A DNA stretch of 64,000 nt. Origin: a virus. The stretch spans positions 41,169-105,168 of IMG/VR virus record IMGVR_UViG_3300022927_001391. One strand, written 5' to 3'. Position numbers and translations under genes: made by a program. Positions 36,710 to 46,034 of this stretch are shown here, one piece after another. The notes under the pieces are model-generated. The model was not told the DNA's origin, did no database searches, and was given only the letters and a program-made list of their open reading frames with translations. Each line of letters starts with the position of its first letter. The first letter of the stretch is position 1.

Positions 36710-37731
36710 TCAAAGATATGTTCCATTTTGTATTCTTGTTCACTACTGAACTCATAAAAACGTTCTTTATTATAACGTAGATCGTCTAGCATGTCACTAT
36801 ACATACTAGTCAAATCCTGTGTTTGTAAATGCTCTAACACTTGCCACACAGTATCGTGAGGGCCTTGTGTTTCAGCTGGTATATGATCCCAGTAATGATT
36901 GAATGTTTTAAACCCATGATTACGCATCCATGCATAGGTTTTAGGATTTCCGTGTACAATGTATGGACGTAATCCTATTGTAGCTTTCCACATTTTCTCC
37001 GTAACTAACAACGGTTGCCATTCGTCAAAAACAGTTTCACTGATAATGTTCAAGAAATGATTCTGCCATAAATCTAGTCTGCCTAATGTTACTAGATCAT
37101 TCGGAATACCTGCAAAATCATCATGACTGCCGTTGTGCAGATAGTTTTCTGGATAGTCTTCGATAGTTATTGGTTCCCAGTGTTGTATGCCACCTTGCCA
37201 GTCAATTCCCTCTTGTGGTCCACCTAGTGTCACTATACCATGTTTGAGTAAATCTCTTAGTCTAAGTATTTCAGTTATCTCAACTCTATGTAATCTAGGT
37301 TTGCGTTGATATAGCATGTACATGTATATAGGTTGTTGCATAACTACTTGATCTTCAGTGTACTTTGGCATTAAGTCTTTGCCAATTAGTCCATGGAAGT
37401 TCCATTCATAGGGACTGTTTTCAAACATGCCTATACGGTAAATGTTTTTGATATTATATTTCTTTACAATACTATCTAGATCTTCGCTGGTAAGATATAC
37501 CGGATCAATTACACTTAGTAAAAACAAGTTATCAAAATCGTGCGTAAAGCTCATTGCACGTTTATATTCGTTGTTTTCAAACTGACTACCAAACCAAGTT
37601 GTATTAATAACGAGATTACGATCGTTAGGAAAAGCACTAGCTACTTGTTGTACTGTGCTGTCAAAAATGTGTTTTTCTTCAGGGCCATATTGCCAACTAA
37701 TTGGAAAATGAGTGCCTACACGTTCTAGCAT
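36697..37731 (-). CDS. GT-B/GT10-like glycosyltransferase
   Basis: RKPRLHR, IISET, TEKMWK, GFKTF. Confidence 0.55.
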   Translation of the reverse strand: MLERVGTHFPISWQYGPEEKHIFDSTVQQVASAFPNDRNLVINTTWFGSQFENNEYKRAMSFTHDFDNLFLLSVIDPVYLTSEDLDSIVKKYNIKNIYRIGMFENSPYEWNFHGLIGKDLMPKYTEDQVVMQQPIYMYMLYQRKPRLHRVEITEILRLRDLLKHGIVTLGGPQEGIDWQGGIQHWEPITIEDYPENYLHNGSHDDFAGIPNDLVTLGRLDLWQNHFLNIISETVFDEWQPLLVTEKMWKATIGLRPYIVHGNPKTYAWMRNHGFKTFNHYWDHIPAETQGPHDTVWQVLEHLQTQDLTSMYSDMLDDLRYNKERFYEFSSEQEYKMEHIFEWMI

Positions 37732-38555
37732 TAGATCATATTCCTAACACCGTCTCTGAAACTGGTTGGGCATTCTAGACCCAAGCTCTTCATACGAGTA
37801 GTATCTGCATATCTATGACCTGCACCTTCTGGCTCATCAGTGTCTCGCTCTACAGGCACACGCTCTCCCCATATAAGTTCATAGATAGTTTCCGCGACTT
37901 CAATAAAGTCAATTGGAATACCTGTTCCAATATTGACTGTTATACTATCATCTCTTTGGATTAGCGTGTTCCAAATAGCCAGTGCATCGTCAATATAAAC
38001 CCAGTCACGTGTTTGTGTCCCGCTACCCCATACACTACACTGCTTACGTTTGGCACGTTCGATAATAGCAGGTAGCGGATAGTCCATGCTCTGTCCAGGT
38101 CCATATATACTAAAAGGTCTAACAACCATACTAGGTATTTTGCAAAACTCTAGCATACGTTCTGCCATAAGTTTTTCCATACCGTATAAGTCAAACGTAT
38201 CACTACTGCCAAATGTATCCTCTTGCATAGGAGTACCAGTTTTATGCTGTAGGTCCACGGGATATGCTGCACAACTACTTGGGTAAAGTATTTTACCACA
38301 ATGCTGTTCTGCCCAACTAAAGGCAATCCTATCTAGTTCAGCGTTCTCTGCAATACGCCAATAGTTATTATCGATACCTTTGCGTCCTCCTACGTAGGCT
38401 GCAAAATGTATGAGCACATCAAAGTTTTCATTGGGCATACCCTTGCGTATGTCTTCTTGAATGTCCATGCCTGTAACAGCATGACCTTGATCTGCAAAAT
38501 ATTTTTGTGCGTGGCTACCTAAAAAGCCTCTGTTACCTGTAATTAATATTTTCAT
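37731..38555 (-). CDS. NAD-dependent NDP-sugar epimerase/dehydratase
   Basis: ITGNRGFLG, SSCAAY, YGMEK (YxxxK), RPFSIYGPG, GSGTQTRDWVYIDD. Confidence 0.9.
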   Translation of the reverse strand: MKILITGNRGFLGSHAQKYFADQGHAVTGMDIQEDIRKGMPNENFDVLIHFAAYVGGRKGIDNNYWRIAENAELDRIAFSWAEQHCGKILYPSSCAAYPVDLQHKTGTPMQEDTFGSSDTFDLYGMEKLMAERMLEFCKIPSMVVRPFSIYGPGQSMDYPLPAIIERAKRKQCSVWGSGTQTRDWVYIDDALAIWNTLIQRDDSITVNIGTGIPIDFIEVAETIYELIWGERVPVERDTDEPEGAGHRYADTTRMKSLGLECPTSFRDGVRNMI

Positions 38556-39393
38556 ATACGTACTCTGCCCATTGTTTGTGATAGTCTGCTAACGGATGTT
38601 GATTACGGAATATATTAGTATCTGAGTAATGCTGTTCTCTGTATTCAACACTGTCTATTAGCTGTAACATCCATTGCTTAAAGTCTACTAGTTGTTTACC
38701 GCTAACAAACTCTTCGATAGTCAGCAGTCTTTCAACTGCTGTCATATCTGTATAGACACATTTGTCGTCAGTAATTCCTATTGTTTTGTACCAAGCGTCA
38801 AAACTTGAAGTGAAACCTAAACTATCTATCATATTAGTAGTAAGGTATAGATTAACGTGAGGAAACTGTAAACTGTTGCGTATTTGTTTTATAGCCGTTG
38901 TATTTAACAATTCCAAAAGACTGTAATAATCATTAGGTGTGTTTATATTTTGTTTGAACCACTCTACGTAGTCAAAGTCATGATCAATATCTGTGTTAAA
39001 CATTCTACCAGCACCTGTAAACACACAGACTACTAGGATCTTTTCATAGTTTAACAATGGCACAATATTGGCAAACTCAGTTATCCTGTTAGCCATCCAT
39101 TGATTTCCTTGAGCACACAATGCGAGATTTAACCAGTCCGAGCCCATCATACCTGAGAGTTGGTTTCCCCAAACGGATTTTAATCTATAGTCATCGTCAG
39201 AGTTGTTCTCGCTTATATCGCTACCCCAAGTCCAACTATCTCCGACAGTAACTAGTAGAATGTTGCTTGATCTGCTTACAAAGTCAAAAGTGTTTGTAGG
39301 AGTTAGATACCAGCTATTAGTGCTATCAGCGATAGTAAAATACCTAGGAAGTACTTCTTTAGCTAAAACTATTGGCAATGTATTTGCACTCAT
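38533..39393 (-). CDS. SGNH/GDSL-like protein
   Basis: VGDSWTWG, NLA..AQGN, HPL..YH; exact start uncertain. Confidence 0.65.
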   Translation of the reverse strand: MSANTLPIVLAKEVLPRYFTIADSTNSWYLTPTNTFDFVSRSSNILLVTVGDSWTWGSDISENNSDDDYRLKSVWGNQLSGMMGSDWLNLALCAQGNQWMANRITEFANIVPLLNYEKILVVCVFTGAGRMFNTDIDHDFDYVEWFKQNINTPNDYYSLLELLNTTAIKQIRNSLQFPHVNLYLTTNMIDSLGFTSSFDAWYKTIGITDDKCVYTDMTAVERLLTIEEFVSGKQLVDFKQWMLQLIDSVEYREQHYSDTNIFRNQHPLADYHKQWAEYVYENINYR

Positions 39394-40729
39394 TCCAAAA
39401 CTCTGACATTTCAGGAAATGTTTCTAAAAAGTTCGTACCGCGTCTGCGATCATGTTCACTAAAAAATCTATAAAAGTCTGCTCTGCGTGTATCAATGTCA
39501 CTTACATTATCCACACCTTGCATCCATGCTAGATCACGTCTCATCTTTAGTACTTCGTAGTCCTTAAATCCGTGCATCTCATCTAAATTGGATTCCATAA
39601 ATTTTATACAGTCTTTAAGATATAACTGATATGCCGGAGTTAATATCTGCATACTTTGCCATTCAGGAGTATACAGTAATGGAGTATCAAACCAAATACG
39701 CTGATAACTTTTGGTATAAGTCTTGCGAAGGTATAAAATATACTCTAGCAGTTTCTGCAGACTAATAATACTTAAATTATTCATTGTAATTATCAAGGTA
39801 AGACTGGAACGCTCAGGAACCTCTTTTATAAACTGTTCAATGCGTGACTTACAAAGTTCAAAGTCAAGTCCATGCCTAATGTATTCTGCTTGTGCACCCC
39901 AAGTATCCAAGCTGACAAACTGCATGAAGTGTTCTATTTGTTCGCCAGTGCATAGTCGTTTAACATAGTCCATGTAGCGAGTAAAGATACGTTCGTCCAC
40001 ACTAAAGTTACTTGTTACGTTTAAGTGAAGATCAGGCTTTGGGTTCTCAAGTACATAATCAAACACACGATAGGTGTTTGGATCCATGGTAGGTTCGCCG
40101 CCGGTCATACGAAAGTGTTTAAGGTCTTTGTATAGGTCTGGCCACCAACGCCAGAATGCTTCACGATATGGATTAGTGTCCCTATTAGGAATAGGCTTAC
40201 GTTCGCCTTTAAAATGTGCAGGATCATTATGAGGAGTGCTTGTAGGATAAGCACCAAACTCATCTGCTTCACGTTCCCATGTACTGCTAAACTGTGGACT
40301 ACAATAACTACACTTTAGATTACAACTGTTATTAAAGTTAACTTCTACGTAACTGGGATTAACATCTGCTTGTGGGTTTGCTACAATGTCTTCGAATGCC
40401 TCCATAGCCCAAGGCTCACCGCTGCGATAATGCCTATCACTGAGGTCACCGTTTTTCTCAATATTCCAACAGTAGTTACATTCGGCACACTTTACACCTG
40501 CCATCATTTCGGCACGTCGTTCTTTCTTGTGTGCTGTATTGTGTAGTGCGCTTGGATTACTTGCTAGTGGCTCTACGGGTATGCGGTGCAATGGGGGATG
40601 GTAGCAACTGTTAGTATGCCCTGTTGTTAGATGTAAACTAACTTGTTTCCATTTTGCCAAGCAGAAACTGCCGCTAACACCTGCCATACGTGCTTTTGCT
40701 ATGTTTGCGTCTGTCAGATAGTCACTCAT
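39359..40729 (-). CDS. Radical SAM protein (twitch-like, AKW subtype)
   Basis: FCLAKW, SCYHP, CNYCW, CNLKCSYC, GGEP. Confidence 0.88.
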   Translation of the reverse strand: MSDYLTDANIAKARMAGVSGSFCLAKWKQVSLHLTTGHTNSCYHPPLHRIPVEPLASNPSALHNTAHKKERRAEMMAGVKCAECNYCWNIEKNGDLSDRHYRSGEPWAMEAFEDIVANPQADVNPSYVEVNFNNSCNLKCSYCSPQFSSTWEREADEFGAYPTSTPHNDPAHFKGERKPIPNRDTNPYREAFWRWWPDLYKDLKHFRMTGGEPTMDPNTYRVFDYVLENPKPDLHLNVTSNFSVDERIFTRYMDYVKRLCTGEQIEHFMQFVSLDTWGAQAEYIRHGLDFELCKSRIEQFIKEVPERSSLTLIITMNNLSIISLQKLLEYILYLRKTYTKSYQRIWFDTPLLYTPEWQSMQILTPAYQLYLKDCIKFMESNLDEMHGFKDYEVLKMRRDLAWMQGVDNVSDIDTRRADFYRFFSEHDRRRGTNFLETFPEMSEFWNECKYIANSFS

Positions 40730-41657
40730 TGGCTAACTCTATCAAACGTTGTTGATTATTTTTAAGCCTGTCAGTTATAGTGTTGTAGTCTACAGGGTTT
40801 CGCATAAACTTTTGTAAACTATTAAAAACTTTATCCACTCTTATATAGCTGCTTTCGGTATCATAGGTTTTATCTAGTATATCATCGAACGTATCAAAAC
40901 CTAATTCTCTGAGATTACGCTCATAGTTAGGACTTCCTATTACTAGAAAAAGTCTACCGTAATATATTGGCCTAAATATTTTTTCTGTCATAAAAAAAGT
41001 TCCAGAAGCTATATTTGTTTCGCACACAATTTCAATAGCTATATTATTATACGTTTCATGCCAAATTGGATCCAAGTCAAATCTACAAATCTGTGTAAAT
41101 GTATCTTGTGTACCGAAATGAAAATTTTTATCTATAATATCACTATAGGGCAGGATTGGTTTTATTTCCTGCCATTTTTCGTTGTTTTCACAAATAAAGG
41201 GAGTGAAATCACAGTTGGATTCTAAAGTATTATTAATGTTTACATGGCAAGTAGCGATACAGTTTTGCATCTTTCTTGATTTCCAAAATGCATATAAACG
41301 TTCATTAGTACCTCTACCTGTAAACAAACCAAAATTATTTTTATATGGATTGTTGAAGTCAATAGGTTTTAAATTTTTTGGCAGTAGACGGTTTTTAACT
41401 GTATTTACAACAAATGTTTCACTTTTGCCTAGCCTATCTGTAGATTCAAAAGTTATATTACTATACGGAATATGAAGTTTATTGGCAATGTCTTTTACTA
41501 TATTTTCTATACCATTGGCAACAATATCCCAGCCATCAGTACCTAAACTTAAAACAATAGGTTTACCTGTTTTATGTATTGCTGCTATTTCTAGTGCTAG
41601 AAGATGAGTGTCTCTAATGTGACTAGCACCGCAGTATTTTGTTAAATCAATCTTCAC
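40722..41657 (-). CDS. GT-B/GT10-like glycosyltransferase
   Basis: EIVCET, TEKIFRPI, LRELGFDTF, YDTE; start probably GTG 41657. Confidence 0.55.
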   Translation of the reverse strand: MKIDLTKYCGASHIRDTHLLALEIAAIHKTGKPIVLSLGTDGWDIVANGIENIVKDIANKLHIPYSNITFESTDRLGKSETFVVNTVKNRLLPKNLKPIDFNNPYKNNFGLFTGRGTNERLYAFWKSRKMQNCIATCHVNINNTLESNCDFTPFICENNEKWQEIKPILPYSDIIDKNFHFGTQDTFTQICRFDLDPIWHETYNNIAIEIVCETNIASGTFFMTEKIFRPIYYGRLFLVIGSPNYERNLRELGFDTFDDILDKTYDTESSYIRVDKVFNSLQKFMRNPVDYNTITDRLKNNQQRLIELANE

Positions 41658-42186
41658 GCAAAAACCCACTAATTTGCATGGTGTATTTGTCTTGCATGCC
41701 TGCATTAGCACCAAGATGTATTACACTGCTATCCCATAGTAATGCATCACCTTGTTTCCAATGTGTAAAGTTTTTAAATTCCTTACCGTCTTCGCTATAC
41801 TGTATAAAATGTCCCAGACAGTAATCTTCCATATGTATATTGGCACGTACTTTAAGTTCTGTTCTTTCAGGAAATTTTTTATTGATCTGATAAAATGTAT
41901 CTCTATGTAGTGGTATAACACAACCTGGGGGTTGTTTAATGGCGCTGACAGTAACAACTTCGATACCTATCTGATTGCCAATTTCATCGAAATCAATATC
42001 ATCCTTAGTATACCATAACTGATGTATGCGAGTATTAAGGTATTCGTAAGCAGTAGGTGCACCATATTTTTTATGAAGATCTGTTAGTTCATGTACCTGA
42101 TGACTAATACAACTACCTTCATGTAATGTAAAGTCTGCTTGTAAAAACTTGTCGTAATCTATATTTAATTTAAGTTTCTTAAACAT
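41647..42186 (-). CDS. 2OG-Fe(II) oxygenase-like protein
   Basis: QPPG..IPLHRD (HxD), HLGANAG, YTMQISG. Confidence 0.7.
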   Translation of the reverse strand: MFKKLKLNIDYDKFLQADFTLHEGSCISHQVHELTDLHKKYGAPTAYEYLNTRIHQLWYTKDDIDFDEIGNQIGIEVVTVSAIKQPPGCVIPLHRDTFYQINKKFPERTELKVRANIHMEDYCLGHFIQYSEDGKEFKNFTHWKQGDALLWDSSVIHLGANAGMQDKYTMQISGFLRED

Positions 42187-43113
42187 TTACCATCCTTCAA
42201 CTTTCCTAATAACTTCTAGTTCTGTAGTCATAGGATCATATGCGTGATAAGTCTGACTGTAGTAGTGTTTAAAGAACCGGCTCTCTTCTGCTGTATAATC
42301 CACAATAGGAAGTTCTAGTTTACGTCTAAGTTGCACACCATATTCTGTAAAGTTAGTATCCAACCAAGATTGTTCTTCTTCCCAAATCTGATCAAGGGCT
42401 GCAAAGTCTCTTACTTCATGCCAGTCCCAGTCTGTCAGCATGAGCTTGTATGTGCCATAACGTGCACCATACATTGCTTCATAACCATACTCAGTGTCCT
42501 GTCCTACACTTTGCCAGATGCAGAGCTTGTCAAAGTTTTTTGCGTGTACCTGCTGTTTGAATTCTTCCAGTGTAGGCTTGCGTCCTTTCATCAAACACAT
42601 CTTTACACCTTCTCTGAATCCTGCACGCCACGCATGTTTAGCATCGCCATTAGGATAGGTAGTACTATATACATTGTTCATTGGAATGTACTTGCTGTCG
42701 TAGCAAAACTCTACTACGGTTTCGTCACTACCATCTGTTGCTTCGTGTGTTTGCATATTATTTACAAACTCACGTGTCCAACAACTAAGTCCACCATTGC
42801 CGTACATAAGTCCGTTAACAGCGTTACGTGCTTTCCAACGAAACACACAATCCTCATGCTCGGGCTTAATATCTAACTGTAGGTCAAAGAATGATTCGTC
42901 AGGTATATTGTCTCCGTCTATGAGAACAAAGCGTTCTGTTTCACTTGCTGCGGCGGCTGCTTTGTGTGCTGCGTCACTGCCTTCAACGCCATCCACACGT
43001 TTAGCCCAAGGCACAATGTTTTGTATCCTTACCCAAAACTCTTCTTTCTGTGGTTCGTCGTAGCTTAGATAGATGCAGTCTAAGTCAGCTATGTCTACTA
43101 GTTGTCCAGCCAC
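42187..43113 (-). CDS. GT-A-like glycosyltransferase
   Basis: YLSYDEP, RVDGVEGSDAAHKA, FVLIDGDN (DxD), NGLMYGNGG, WRAGFREGVK. Confidence 0.6.
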   Translation of the reverse strand: MAGQLVDIADLDCIYLSYDEPQKEEFWVRIQNIVPWAKRVDGVEGSDAAHKAAAAASETERFVLIDGDNIPDESFFDLQLDIKPEHEDCVFRWKARNAVNGLMYGNGGLSCWTREFVNNMQTHEATDGSDETVVEFCYDSKYIPMNNVYSTTYPNGDAKHAWRAGFREGVKMCLMKGRKPTLEEFKQQVHAKNFDKLCIWQSVGQDTEYGYEAMYGARYGTYKLMLTDWDWHEVRDFAALDQIWEEEQSWLDTNFTEYGVQLRRKLELPIVDYTAEESRFFKHYYSQTYHAYDPMTTELEVIRKVEGW

Positions 43114-43328
43114 TCATGCAACCTTGCTACATCTTCGTGACTGTCTGTTATAACACGAATACCACGTGCATATACTGTGCGGTCTAGTTCGTAAGTAGAA
43201 CTAAATGACTGTTCACAAAACTGTTTTAGCTCTGTAAATAGTTCTTGATTGTCCTTAAACTGACTTTCTAGAATTTGCTCGCCCTTTTCTACACTATGGG
43301 GCAGAGGAACAAATACTTCATTTTGCAT
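43098..43328 (-). CDS. Hypothetical protein
   Basis: Coupled ORF with AGGAG RBS. Confidence 0.55.
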   Translation of the reverse strand: MQNEVFVPLPHSVEKGEQILESQFKDNQELFTELKQFCEQSFSSTYELDRTVYARGIRVITDSHEDVARLHEWLDN

Positions 43329-43635
43329 TTTGAATCTCCTTTATACAAAAATATGGATTATTTTTTAAAGTAATTGCTGGTGTTACTTGCCAATATACAT
43401 GGATAGCTGTATCTATATCTACGATTTTGCCATCTTGAACACGCTGTCTCAGAGGATATACTAGTGTATCTTCTGATATAACAATATAATCTTCAGTCCA
43501 GTGTTCTGCTTTATTTACGTGACACCAGTTAATAATTTCACCAGTTTCTTTATTATAACGCAAACGAACTTCCAGTTCAATTTTAGTGCGCTTTTGTAGC
43601 TTTTTAGCTATTAATTGTTCTAACTCTGTACTCAT
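43318..43635 (-). CDS. Hypothetical protein
   Basis: Coupled ORF; RLRYN..TGEI. Confidence 0.55.
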   Translation of the reverse strand: MSTELEQLIAKKLQKRTKIELEVRLRYNKETGEIINWCHVNKAEHWTEDYIVISEDTLVYPLRQRVQDGKIVDIDTAIHVYWQVTPAITLKNNPYFCIKEIQNAK

Positions 43636-44449
43636 ATCTATCTATCAATTCTGGAGTGCAAAATGTTTTATCGAAATAATGGAACGGATACTGTTGCGCA
43701 TACCCGCCTACAATTAGATCAAAGTCGTCTGTTAGTGTCCATGGTACAGCATCCTGCCAGCGCATGCTATTCTTCCAGTTATTAATAGCTGGCTTCATGT
43801 GTGTAAATGTAGGATAACTTAATTTGTTTGAACAAGGTATTCCAAGATTTGACTGGGCCAATCCATATAGAACATCAGTGTCAGGTTTGTCATAGATGCT
43901 ATACTCAAGAACACTGTCACGCAACTCAGCCCAATGGTGTATCGCCTGCTCAATAGCTCTACAGAAGCCCACACTAGTCCTACTATACCTAAAATATGAA
44001 AACCCATTATAAGCATCATCAAGGGAATTGGCATCAAAAAACTTCCTGTAGTAACGTGTTTGGGCAATATTACCCTGATAGTCTCTTACACTATTAGTAT
44101 AGCACACATCTTGTAATCTACAACCATTCCACCAGTGGTCCAAACTGCGAGGAATCAGCATGTCGCTTTCTACTTTAAATGTTTCCTTAAAAGGTGTAAC
44201 ATTCATTACCCACGCTTCGTTATAGAAAGGCTCTGTGTGTGGTACTGTAATAATGTGATCAAAGGTTTTACGTTGCTGTTCTGTAATGGTCGCCTCAGAT
44301 TCAGCATCAACTACTACAGCAAATCTATTATGCTTACAGGTTGCTTTTACACTAAGAGCAAGCAAATAGGCGAGGTCAACATAGTTTGTTGTCTCACTAT
44401 TCTGTGCAAATGTTAGCCAACCCTGTGGTTCTACTTTTTCTCGATACAT
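43604..44449 (-). CDS. GT8-like glycosyltransferase
   Basis: AQN....YV.LAY.LA.S, TPFKETFKVESDML, TDVLYG, FTHMK, PFHY..K. Confidence 0.6.
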   Translation of the reverse strand: MYREKVEPQGWLTFAQNSETTNYVDLAYLLALSVKATCKHNRFAVVVDAESEATITEQQRKTFDHIITVPHTEPFYNEAWVMNVTPFKETFKVESDMLIPRSLDHWWNGCRLQDVCYTNSVRDYQGNIAQTRYYRKFFDANSLDDAYNGFSYFRYSRTSVGFCRAIEQAIHHWAELRDSVLEYSIYDKPDTDVLYGLAQSNLGIPCSNKLSYPTFTHMKPAINNWKNSMRWQDAVPWTLTDDFDLIVGGYAQQYPFHYFDKTFCTPELIDRYEYRVRTINS

Positions 44450-44601
44450 AAACCGACTTCTGTTTGTTCTACTATTAATATATCGCCTTCTTTCCAGCCT
44501 GTCATTTCTAATAGCTCTGCAGGTAGATTCATTATAACATTGTTGGGATCATCCTGAATGTCTTCAAAAATATCTTTGACTTTAAATGTTAGCGTAGTCA
44601 T
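44431..44601 (-). CDS. AbrB/MazE-type swapped-hairpin DNA-binding protein (56 aa)
   Basis: Hand translation MTTLTFKVKDIFEDIQDDPNNVIMNLPAELLEMTGWKEGDILIVEQTEVGLCIEKK*; LP.E....GWKEGD.L motif; below the ORF-track cutoff. Confidence 0.7.
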   Translation of the reverse strand: MTTLTFKVKDIFEDIQDDPNNVIMNLPAELLEMTGWKEGDILIVEQTEVGLCIEKK

Positions 44602-45364
44602 ACAATGCTCCGTATATTTCTGGATCCTGTAAGCAGGCTTTGTTCATACAGTGTAGGTTTACACCTTTAAGTTTAACAGCATTATACTTGTCACCGTCTT
44701 GATAGCGTATGCGTAGTTCATCTCCGTTAGCAGAATAGATAGTGTCCATTGTACTCAAACTACCCAGTGGATGATTAAAGTAGGTACCACTAGCATAGCC
44801 ATTCATAAGCTGATGTGCAATTGTTAGACTAAAGTCATTGCGATATTTGCCTGCTACAAATCCCCAAAACTTTGCATAGTAACGCCAGTTGGCTTGTACG
44901 TTCTTCATCATTTCAAATATATTATGGGCTAGGTCGCACTTGCGAAAGTAAACGACCGTAGCCCATAACATTGGATGGCCGGCCCTGGTCATCCTTTGAT
45001 CGTTACGGAAACTATTTGTGGAGGTAACATCCCATACACGATCATAACATAAAAACTCATTTGTACTACCAAAGTACTGCTTAAGATTATCATTAAAAGT
45101 AAGGTAGTCTACGTCTATTAAGAGTGTTTCATCATAAGGGCTTAAATCATATGCCAGTGTTCTATCACTGTTGTACCAGGGCACTGTGACAACTTCGCCT
45201 TCATGCCAGCGGAATGCTCTAGTATTGCCAGGCCGCGCTTCACCTACATATATATGTGTTTCAATGTCTAAATGTTTTTCTACAAGTTTGGCAGCTAGTT
45301 TAGCAAACCCTATGTAGTCTATTGTTTCATGTGGTGTAGCAAGTAGTAGTGCACCCTTACTCAT
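44582..45364 (-). CDS. GT8-like glycosyltransferase
   Basis: SPYDETLLIDVDY (DxD), WATVVYF.K, YRNDFSL.IA, HCMNK. Confidence 0.6.
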   Translation of the reverse strand: MSKGALLLATPHETIDYIGFAKLAAKLVEKHLDIETHIYVGEARPGNTRAFRWHEGEVVTVPWYNSDRTLAYDLSPYDETLLIDVDYLTFNDNLKQYFGSTNEFLCYDRVWDVTSTNSFRNDQRMTRAGHPMLWATVVYFRKCDLAHNIFEMMKNVQANWRYYAKFWGFVAGKYRNDFSLTIAHQLMNGYASGTYFNHPLGSLSTMDTIYSANGDELRIRYQDGDKYNAVKLKGVNLHCMNKACLQDPEIYGALYDYANI

Positions 45365-46034
45365 CTAAGATACTATCCAATAAAAAATCAGCATAAGCAG
45401 CATGCCCTTTTTCATCAGGATGACCTGCCCATCCATATTGATCATGATCCCAGGGTGTTAGATTATTATCTTGCATTATTTGGTGCAAACTATTTTCAAA
45501 CATGTTTATAAATCTAGGTCTGGACTGTATTTGTTCGTATATTTTATTAGCAAATACAAAATCATTGTCAATGTCAAAGTTGAAACCTAAATTATGTATT
45601 ATAAAATTTTTATTATTGTGGCTAAGATAATCATGTAGTTGAAGTAGATTAAACAGAACATTTACTTCCATATACTGCCAGTCAAATAATTGTTGTGTTT
45701 CTCTAGTAGCATCAGTAATTTGAAAACTTTTAATACTGTCCTCTTCTCTCCATCTTTTATATTCGTTGTCTCTAATACTATAGCTAGGAACATCATCTGT
45801 GAAGTGTTCTAAACGTTGTACAACTCCTATGCCAATAAGCATAAGACTGTCTTGTTCACTTAGACTGTACCTAATAGCTGATCTTATAATTTGGGCAGGG
45901 CTTTTCCGGGTAAATCCATAGTGCTCTAAATCTAAACCTAGTCTTTGTGCTAATATATGACCAGTTGTTGTTTTTTGTCCGGCAGGCAATGCCATACTAT
46001 GACTATCCCCATCGTAATATAATTTTTTAGTCAT
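45357..46034 (-). CDS. SGNH/GDSL-like protein
   Basis: DGDSHS, GHPDEKGH. Confidence 0.65.
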   Translation of the reverse strand: MTKKLYYDGDSHSMALPAGQKTTTGHILAQRLGLDLEHYGFTRKSPAQIIRSAIRYSLSEQDSLMLIGIGVVQRLEHFTDDVPSYSIRDNEYKRWREEDSIKSFQITDATRETQQLFDWQYMEVNVLFNLLQLHDYLSHNNKNFIIHNLGFNFDIDNDFVFANKIYEQIQSRPRFINMFENSLHQIMQDNNLTPWDHDQYGWAGHPDEKGHAAYADFLLDSILDE

